64,000 bases of DNA from an uncultured delta proteobacterium (GTDB lineage: Bacteria; Myxococcota_A; Polyangia; Haliangiales; Haliangiaceae): the NCBI GenBank assembly GCA_963848295.1, contig CAWKDB010000002.1:1152001-1216000 (forward strand), read 5' to 3'. Position 1 is the stretch's first letter, and every line of letters begins with the position of its first letter. A program made the position numbers and the translations under genes. Positions 58,501 through 64,000 of this stretch are shown piece by piece. Below the pieces are notes generated by a model, which was not told the DNA's origin, did not search any database, and saw only the letters and a list, made by a program, of their open reading frames with translations.

Positions 58501-58791
58501 ACGCGCGAGCGGCTGCGCGCGATCTTGATGACCGCGTTGCTCGCGTCGCTCGGCCTGTTGCCGGCCGCGATGTCGCACGCGATCGGCAGCGAGACGCAGC
58601 GGCCGATCGCGGTGGTGGTCGTCAGCGGCACGATCTCGGCGGCGCTGCTCACGCTGATCGTGCTGCCGGTGACCTACTACTGGGCTGGCGCGGCGCGGCT
58701 GTGGTTCGATCGCAAGCGCGGCAAGGTCAGCGAATGGGGTGGTGGCAGCGGCGACGCCGGTACCGCACACTCCACGGATGAGACGGCTTAG
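55546..58791 (+). CDS. czcA: CusA/CzcA-family heavy-metal RND permease (about 5 frameshifts)
   Basis: IEAFPD, SLFGLS, MGAVDFGIIVDGAV, GSEFLPELNEG, WGGEFENQQRA, ERLRAILMTA and GSETQRP, spread over frames with shifts near 56607, 57378, 57711, 57872 and 58138. Confidence 0.9.
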   Translation: MIDALINASLRTRMLVFIGAITIAFLGYSAYKDLTIEAFPDPTDTSVQVITIYPGQPAEEVERRVSIPLERALNGVPGTIHQRSISLFGLSVVTMTFEDGVNVLDARQQMFERLGDANLPPDANASLGPLATPIGEVYRYTLESPDCDPMTLRTIEEWVMEPALLRVPGVADVTSYGGLVKEVHVEPDPAKVAALGVVLDDVFQALSKGSDNASGGLVERGEQGFVIQSKGTLFTDVELACHPDKPKHDGLDDIGEVRVGYHNKVPVKIKDVASVVVGYAPRQGVVSRQTNIDTVQGIVLMRKGENPSKVLEGLRAKVAELQAHSMPKGVTIVPFYDRTELVDTTLDTVFHNLARGCAPRDERAVPVLAVGARVARRRDRHPALARGGLHLPARARDVGKPLVDGRGRLRDHRRWRGDPRRARIRARRGARIPKAEHRRPHQADLQVRASGRATDAVLAADHRRRVPADLRAAAGRGPDLRADGAHRGQRARRRDAGQLYARAGAVLLRPAPPRQDPHVAGVEARAADPRPGAQRGDAQPARGRDRVYRPARRWLRARAAARQRVLARAQRRLDLLHVHAAADRVARGRPPARAEDRQAAARRAARGHGSQVVKPLPEVTEVLSQLGRPEDGTDAKLFNNLEIFIKLKPMKEWRPGIHTLEDIEALQIDNLKAIPGIEYNFSQPIRDNVNENISGQQGQIAIKIYGEDVTKLRELAEQVVNVDARGAGHRRCRHRQGSRATGDRGDAGSQGARALGPGSRQLPGLHRDRAVGSRRIASCARARRSSTSRCAFRAPRARISRRSASCASRSRTARCCRCRRSRPWRWRAARRRSPAITASATSACARTSATATSARRSPRRRRASGKQVKFPTGYEITWGGEFENQQRAMKRLALVLPLSIVLTFFLLFSAFGSVWDATLIILNLPIALLGGLVGLGAAAMTLSVSAAVGFIALLGQAVLNGVLVVSAIRARRDRGDDLWTATIEGTRERLRAILMTALLASLGLLPAAMSHAIGSETQRPIAVVVVSGTISAALLTLIVLPVTYYWAGAARLWFDRKRGKVSEWGGGSGDAGTAHSTDETA

Positions 58792-59350
58792 CGCGTTCGG
58801 GTTGGTCGCGGCATGCGGTGCCGCACCGTCCCGTGCCCCCGCGACGGTCGAGGCGCCCGCGACGGTCGAGCCGGCCCCCGCGCTCGAGCCGGCCGCCGCG
58901 CTCGACCCGATCGACGAGCGGCCGTGGATCGGGTGGCGGCTCGACGATCCGGCCCACCCGCTCGCGCGGGTCTGCCCGCACGATGCCGGAGCGCGGTCGC
59001 CGGGCGTCGGCCGGCCGGAGTGCTGGCGCGGCGGTCCCGGCGGACCGATCCTGTCCAACGACGACGGCTTCGCCGGCGACGCCGAGGCGCACGACGGAGC
59101 CCCCGGCGGCGGATGCTCGCTGCAGTATCGCGAAGACTCCGAGGGCACGATCGCGGAGCTCGCGATCGGCGGCACGGTGATCGATCGCGCGCGGCGCGCG
59201 TCCGAGGATCAGGGAGCCGCGATCCGCGGTGCGTTCTCGCCCGACGGACGCTGGCTCGCGATCGCGAAGCTCGCCACGCGCGGTCGCGAGGTCTACGTCG
59301 CGGAGGTCAGGATCGTGCCGGTGCCCGCGTCGCCATGCGCGTGGCGGTGA
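58778..59350 (+). CDS. Hypothetical lipoprotein
   Basis: MRRLSAFGLVAAC lipobox; FSPDGRWLA WD40/TolB-like motif. Confidence 0.6.
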   Translation: MRRLSAFGLVAACGAAPSRAPATVEAPATVEPAPALEPAAALDPIDERPWIGWRLDDPAHPLARVCPHDAGARSPGVGRPECWRGGPGGPILSNDDGFAGDAEAHDGAPGGGCSLQYREDSEGTIAELAIGGTVIDRARRASEDQGAAIRGAFSPDGRWLAIAKLATRGREVYVAEVRIVPVPASPCAWR

Positions 59351-59603
59351 TCGCGTCACCGCGCTTCGCGCGCTGCTCGTTGAGCGCGAGCTGGCGCTCC
59401 CAGTCCGCGATGTGACTCGCGAGCACCCAGAAGCCGGCGACGGCGATCACGCCGGTGACGAACAGCATCATCAGCCCGGCGCTGCGGTTCGCAACCATCA
59501 CGATGATCGACAGCGCGATGAGCGGGCCGAGTCCGCGCTTGAGCCCCTGCCGGGTCTGGTTCGAGCTCGCGATCCAGTCTCGAAGATCAAAGTCGTTCGC
59601 CAT
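59307..59603 (-). CDS. Small two-TM membrane protein
   Basis: MANDFDLRDW... with two hydrophobic segments; preceded by a sigma54 promoter. Confidence 0.65.
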   Translation of the reverse strand: MANDFDLRDWIASSNQTRQGLKRGLGPLIALSIIVMVANRSAGLMMLFVTGVIAVAGFWVLASHIADWERQLALNEQRAKRGDAITATRMATRAPARS

Positions 59604-59616
59604 GCCCGGGGGTAAA

Positions 59617-59700
59617 AGCACGCGCCGTGCCGGCTTCAAGTGCGCGGCGCGATTGGTCCTCGCACCGCCGAGTTCTTGGCAGCTGCCGAAACCATGGCAG
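59617..59700 (-). promoter_or_regulatory. sigma54 promoter with tandem palindromic enhancer candidates
   Basis: Minus-strand CGGCACGGCGCGTGCT (59632-59617); two adjacent C(T/C)GCC-N8-GGCAG palindromes at 59665-59682 and 59683-59700. Confidence 0.55.
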
Positions 59701-61305
59701 TCACAGCCGGTAGAGCTTGAGCTTGTACTGGAGCGTCGCGCGGCTCGTGTGGAGCAGGCGCGCGGCCTCGGACTGGTTGCCGCCGGCCTTGCCCATCGCC
59801 TCGGCGATCTGGGCGCGCTCGAACGCCTCGACGCGCGTCTTGAGCGATTGGCCGGTGTCCGCCGGCTCGTCGTGGCCGCCCGGCGCGGCGCGCAGCTCCG
59901 GGAGATCGCCGATGCCGATCGCGCGGCCGCGCGCGATGATCGCCGCGCGCTCGATGACGTTGTTGAGCTCTCGCACGTTGCCCGGCCAGTCGTAGGCCTG
60001 GAGGTACAGCACGGCGTCGGGCTCGATGGCCGGGACCTGCGCCCGGCCATCAGCGCCGCCGACCGGCAGCGCGGTTCGATCGCCCGATGGGCCGGCGTGG
60101 CCGAGTCGTCGGGCAAGCGCGGCGAGCAACGTCGCGACGAGCGCCGGGACATCCTCGCGGCGATCGCGCAGCGGCGGGAGCTGGATCGGAAACACGGACA
60201 GGCGATAGAACAGATCGGCGCGGAAGCGCTGGTCGCGAACATCGGCGGCGAGGTCGCGGTTGGTCGCCGCGATCAACCGGACGTCGACCGCGACCGTCTC
60301 GGTGCCGCCGACGCGCTCGAACCGCTGGTCCTGAACCACGCGTAACAGCTTTGCCTGGGCATCGGGCGCGAGCTCGCCGACCTCGTCGAGGAACAGCGTC
60401 CCGCCATCCGCGAGCTCGAACCGGCCGGGGCGGCGAGCCAACGCACCGGTGAACGCGCCCTTCTCGTGGCCGAACAGCTCGCTCTCGAACAACGACGGCG
60501 CGATCGCCGCGCAGTTGACGGTGACGAGCGCGCGGTCGCGGCGCGGACTCGCGTCGTGGATCGCGCGCGCGAACAGCTCCTTGCCCGTGCCGGTCTCGCC
60601 AAGGAGCAGCACGGTCGAGCTCGTGGGCGCGACCTGCTCGAGCTCGCGCACCGCCCGAGCGAGCGACGGGCTCGCCCCGACGATGCTCCGTGGCCGCGCC
60701 CCGTCCAGCTCCTCCTTGAGATAAGCGTTCTCGGCCTCGAGCCGGCGCGACAGCCGCGAGACCTGCTCGAACAGGCGGGCGTTCGTGATCGCGACCGACG
60801 CCTGCGCGGCAAACACGCCGAGCCGGACGAATTCGTCGGACGAGAGCGCCCGCCGCGAGAACATCGCGAGCACGCCTAGCACGTGGCCGCGGAACTCCAA
60901 CGGATAGCCGGCGAACGCGACGATGCGATGAGCGGCGACCCACGCCTGGTCGACGATCCGCGGCTCGTGCGCGACGTCGTCGAGACAGAGCGGCGCGCGG
61001 TCGACGACGATCTGGCCGATCTTCTGGGCGCCGACCGCGACTCGCGCGTGACTGCCGTCGAGTCGCTCCGAGAGTCCGGCGCTCGCGACGAGGTGGAGCG
61101 CGTCGGTTTCGACGGCACGGGCCTGCCCCGTGCCGTCAGCAGCGCCGAAGGGCGGTGCGGTCTTGTGGAGCAACCAGATCCGGGCGAGCGCGGCGTCGAG
61201 CTCCGACACCAAGCCGTGAGTGATCGCGGCGAGCACCGCGCCGAGCTCGAGCGTGCTCGTCATCCGCACCGCGATCTTGCCCAGGACATCGTCGACCGCG
61301 GTCAT
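59701..61305 (-). CDS. GAF-domain sigma54 enhancer-binding protein (FhlA/NifA-like)
   Basis: N-terminal GAF; GETGTGKE, GAFTGA, LFLDEVGE, WPGNVREL; Fis-type HTH. Confidence 0.93.
   Translation of the reverse strand: MTAVDDVLGKIAVRMTSTLELGAVLAAITHGLVSELDAALARIWLLHKTAPPFGAADGTGQARAVETDALHLVASAGLSERLDGSHARVAVGAQKIGQIVVDRAPLCLDDVAHEPRIVDQAWVAAHRIVAFAGYPLEFRGHVLGVLAMFSRRALSSDEFVRLGVFAAQASVAITNARLFEQVSRLSRRLEAENAYLKEELDGARPRSIVGASPSLARAVRELEQVAPTSSTVLLLGETGTGKELFARAIHDASPRRDRALVTVNCAAIAPSLFESELFGHEKGAFTGALARRPGRFELADGGTLFLDEVGELAPDAQAKLLRVVQDQRFERVGGTETVAVDVRLIAATNRDLAADVRDQRFRADLFYRLSVFPIQLPPLRDRREDVPALVATLLAALARRLGHAGPSGDRTALPVGGADGRAQVPAIEPDAVLYLQAYDWPGNVRELNNVIERAAIIARGRAIGIGDLPELRAAPGGHDEPADTGQSLKTRVEAFERAQIAEAMGKAGGNQSEAARLLHTSRATLQYKLKLYRL
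60025..60082. repeat. Intragenic two-hairpin palindromic element, copy B
   Basis: GATGGCCGGG-acctgcg-CCCGGCCATC-a-GCGCCGCC-gacc-GGCAGCGC-ggttcgatcg. Confidence 0.75.
61111..61161. repeat. Intragenic two-hairpin palindromic element, copy C
   Basis: GACGGCACGGG-cctgc-CCCGTGCCGTC-a-GCAGCGCC-gaag-GGCGGTGC-ggt. Confidence 0.7.
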
Positions 61306-61308
61306 GCG

Positions 61309-62571
61309 TCAGCTCGCGAGCGGAAGGCGGACGATCGCGCGCGAGCCTTCACCGAACTTCGATTCGAGCCGGCAGCTGCCGCCGACCGCTTCGACCGCAC
61401 GGCGCACGATCGACAGCCCGAGCCCGTGGCCGGGCGCCGACGCGCTCGGAGCTCGATACAGCGGCTCGAACGCGTGGGCCACGGTCTCGGCGGACATCCC
61501 GATGCCGTTGTCGACCACCGCGATCTCGGCCATCTGGCCGTCTCGCTTCGCTTCGACCCGGAGCACGAGCCGGCGCTCCGGCGCGCGGTACTTCGCCGCG
61601 TTCGTCATCAAGTTGCGCATGATCTGCGAGAGCACGCCGGCGGAGCACGCCGTCGTCACGTCGCCGAGCGCGACGACGACCTCGGCGCCCGCGAGCTCAC
61701 CGCGCAGCTCGTCGACGAGCTCGAGCACGATCGGCGCGACGACGACCTCGCCGGCTGCCGGGCGGCCGTGCACCGATAGCTCGAGCAAGTCTTCGACGAT
61801 CGCGGTCATCCGATCGGCGGCGCGCCGGATCCGCGTCGCGACCTCACGCACCTCGGGCTGGTCGTGCGTCGTCAGGATATCGGCGTAGCCCCGCAAGGGA
61901 CTGAGCGGTCCTTTTAGATCGTGCGAGGTACGCGCCGCGAACGCGGCGAGCTCGCGGTTGCGGGCACCGAGCGTGGCGACGTGCGCGGTCGCGAGCGCGC
62001 GTTGCCGGCGTTGGTTACGCAGGATCACGACCGCGACACCGAGCGCGACGGCGAGTGTGACCGCGCCGATCGCGGCGTCGAGCACGAGCTCGCGTTCGTG
62101 GGCGCCACGCACCGCCTCGGCGCTCGCCTGAGCCGCGCGTTGGTTGATCTCGACGAGGTGATCGACCGAGTCCTCGATCGCATCGACCCGGATTGCGGTG
62201 GCTCCGGCCGTACGCAACTCCGCGAACAGACCGCGCAGCCGGGTCAGCTCTTCGCGCTCGCCGATCTCGGTGGCGAGGGGCTCGTACGCGCGCAGATCTG
62301 CATCGATCTGGACCGTCACCGACGCGATTCGCCCGGCGTCATCGCGCGCCGCCGCGAGCCGGGCGGCTTGGTAGCGCAGATCATCGGCGATCGCGACCGA
62401 CTGCAACGAGTTGTCGACCATCGCCGAGATCCGCGTGGTCGTCTGCTGGCCGGAGATCAAATCAAACGCGAGCTCGACCAGCGGCAGCACGATCACGACC
62501 GCGAGGGCGACGAGCGCCGGCCATGCCGATGCGTGAGGCTGAAGGTCGTCGGAGGGGTGCGCGGAGCTCAC
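61309..62571 (-). CDS. Membrane sensor histidine kinase
   Basis: Two TM helices; SHDLKGPL H-box; NLMTNAAKY, DNGIG and GHGLGLSIV motifs. Confidence 0.93.
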   Translation of the reverse strand: MSSAHPSDDLQPHASAWPALVALAVVIVLPLVELAFDLISGQQTTTRISAMVDNSLQSVAIADDLRYQAARLAAARDDAGRIASVTVQIDADLRAYEPLATEIGEREELTRLRGLFAELRTAGATAIRVDAIEDSVDHLVEINQRAAQASAEAVRGAHERELVLDAAIGAVTLAVALGVAVVILRNQRRQRALATAHVATLGARNRELAAFAARTSHDLKGPLSPLRGYADILTTHDQPEVREVATRIRRAADRMTAIVEDLLELSVHGRPAAGEVVVAPIVLELVDELRGELAGAEVVVALGDVTTACSAGVLSQIMRNLMTNAAKYRAPERRLVLRVEAKRDGQMAEIAVVDNGIGMSAETVAHAFEPLYRAPSASAPGHGLGLSIVRRAVEAVGGSCRLESKFGEGSRAIVRLPLAS

Positions 62572-63929
62572 TGTTCGCGATCGACACCGTAGCGCAATAG
62601 CTTGCGATATAGGGTCTTGCGATCGATACCGAGCGAGTGCGACGCGGCGAGCTTGTTGCCGTTATGGGCGGCGAGCACGCGCAGGATGTGGCGGCGCTCG
62701 ACCTCGTCGAGGGTCTGCTCGACCTCGGGCTCGGTGCCCGGCCGCGTCGGCCCGGGCCGGTACATCCGCATCCGCTCCGGAAGGTCGTCGACCGCGACGT
62801 CCCGGCCGTGGCACATCGCGACCGCGCGCTCGATCGCGTTGCGCAGCTCGCGGACGTTGCCCGGCCAGTTGTAGCGCAGCATGCGCTCGGCCGCCTCGGG
62901 GGTGATACCGCGGATCTCGCGCGCGAACATCCGGGAGAAGTGATCGACGAAGTGCTGCGCGAGCAACAACACATCGCCGGCGCGCGCGGACAACGGCGGC
63001 AACGCGAGCTGGACGACGTTGATCCGGTAGTAGAGATCCTCGCGGAACGCGCCCTCGGCGACCATCGCGTCGAGATCTCGGTTCGTCGCGCACACGAGCC
63101 GGACGTCGAACGGCGACTCGCTCTCGCTGCCGATCGGCCGAACCCTGCGCTCTTGCAGCACGCGGAGCAGCTTCGGCTGGACCGCGAGCGGCAGCTCGGC
63201 GACCTCGTCGAGGAACAACGTGCCGCCGTTCGCCTGCGCGAGCAGACCTGCCCGCTCGGCCTTCGCATCGGTGAACGCACCGCGCGCGTGACCGAACAAC
63301 TCGCTCTCGATCAGCGCCTCGGGAATCGACGCGCAATCGACCGCGATGAACGGCCCGGCCGCGCGCTTGCTCTGACCGTGCAGTGCGCGCGCGACCATCT
63401 CTTTGCCGGTGCCGGACTGCCCGGTGATCAACACCGTCGCATCGGTCGCGCCGACCTGTTGGATCGTGTCGTACACGTGCTGCATCGCGCTGCTCGCGCC
63501 GATCAGCGCTTCGAACCGCCTCGCGTCGGTCAACGCGCGCCGCAGCTTGCCGACCTCGGCTCGCAGCGACCGGCGCTCGACCGCTCGGCGCACCGCGAGG
63601 ATCAGCGCGCCGAGGTCGAGCGGCTTGGTCACGAAATCGTAGGCGCCGGCTCGCATCGCGGTCACCGCGGTTTGAAAATCGCCGCTGCCGGTCACGACGA
63701 TCACCGGCAACTCTGGCCGATTGACCACGATGCGTTCGATCAGCTCGAACCCGTGCATGCCGGGTAGGCCGAGATCGCTGACGACGCAGTCGAACTCGAA
63801 GCTGCCGATCGCGGTGAGCGCCTCGGGTGCGGTGGGTTGGGATTTGACTTCGAAGCCGTGCGGCGCCAGCCCGAACCGGACCAGCTCGCAAAGCTCGGGA
63901 TCGTCGTCGACGACGAGGATGGATGCCAC
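62568..63929 (-). CDS. NtrC/AtoC-family sigma54 response regulator
   Basis: REC domain; GQSGTGKE, GAFTDA, WPGNVREL; HTH LGIDRKTLYRKL. Confidence 0.95.
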   Translation of the reverse strand: MASILVVDDDPELCELVRFGLAPHGFEVKSQPTAPEALTAIGSFEFDCVVSDLGLPGMHGFELIERIVVNRPELPVIVVTGSGDFQTAVTAMRAGAYDFVTKPLDLGALILAVRRAVERRSLRAEVGKLRRALTDARRFEALIGASSAMQHVYDTIQQVGATDATVLITGQSGTGKEMVARALHGQSKRAAGPFIAVDCASIPEALIESELFGHARGAFTDAKAERAGLLAQANGGTLFLDEVAELPLAVQPKLLRVLQERRVRPIGSESESPFDVRLVCATNRDLDAMVAEGAFREDLYYRINVVQLALPPLSARAGDVLLLAQHFVDHFSRMFAREIRGITPEAAERMLRYNWPGNVRELRNAIERAVAMCHGRDVAVDDLPERMRMYRPGPTRPGTEPEVEQTLDEVERRHILRVLAAHNGNKLAASHSLGIDRKTLYRKLLRYGVDREQ

Positions 63930-64000
63930 GGTGGTTTGTTACCGGCTTCCGTCGGTTTGTTCCAGCACGGAGATACTTCGCAACGCAAATTGGGGCGAGA

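Overview
High-GC (about 70%) chromosomal window, most likely from a myxobacterium. That assignment is inferred from four Hanks-type Ser/Thr kinases, a giant TPR protein, Cys-rich lipoproteins and sigma54 activators. Recognisable housekeeping or near-housekeeping genes are carB, greA, tsaE, sodC, yqeY, an imuB-like gene, a deoxynucleoside kinase, a PfkB kinase, a phospholipase D, an M1 peptidase, a heavy-metal RND efflux operon and an NtrC-type two-component cluster. Several genes carry single-base frameshifts that look like uncorrected long-read errors. Most striking, at 27.85-29.9 kb two divergent four-helix-bundle (23S-IVP/bAvd-like) genes each have a ~190-nt rod-like hairpin leader whose basal stem is replaced in sequence but still pairs. 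Each also has a shared 3' motif, and the whole is embedded among three long tracts of degenerate GGNNNC hexamers. Second, short palindromic elements with compensatory changes are inserted in-frame inside unrelated genes: a two-hairpin family with 4 copies, plus a second family in tsaE and imuB. Also notable are a degenerate SIR2 domain fused to a myxobacterial TPR protein, apparently leaderless sigma54 and sigma70 transcripts, a candidate LexA box at imuB and BlaI-type operators at yceI. No rRNA, tRNA, CRISPR array, transposase, integrase or reverse transcriptase was seen.
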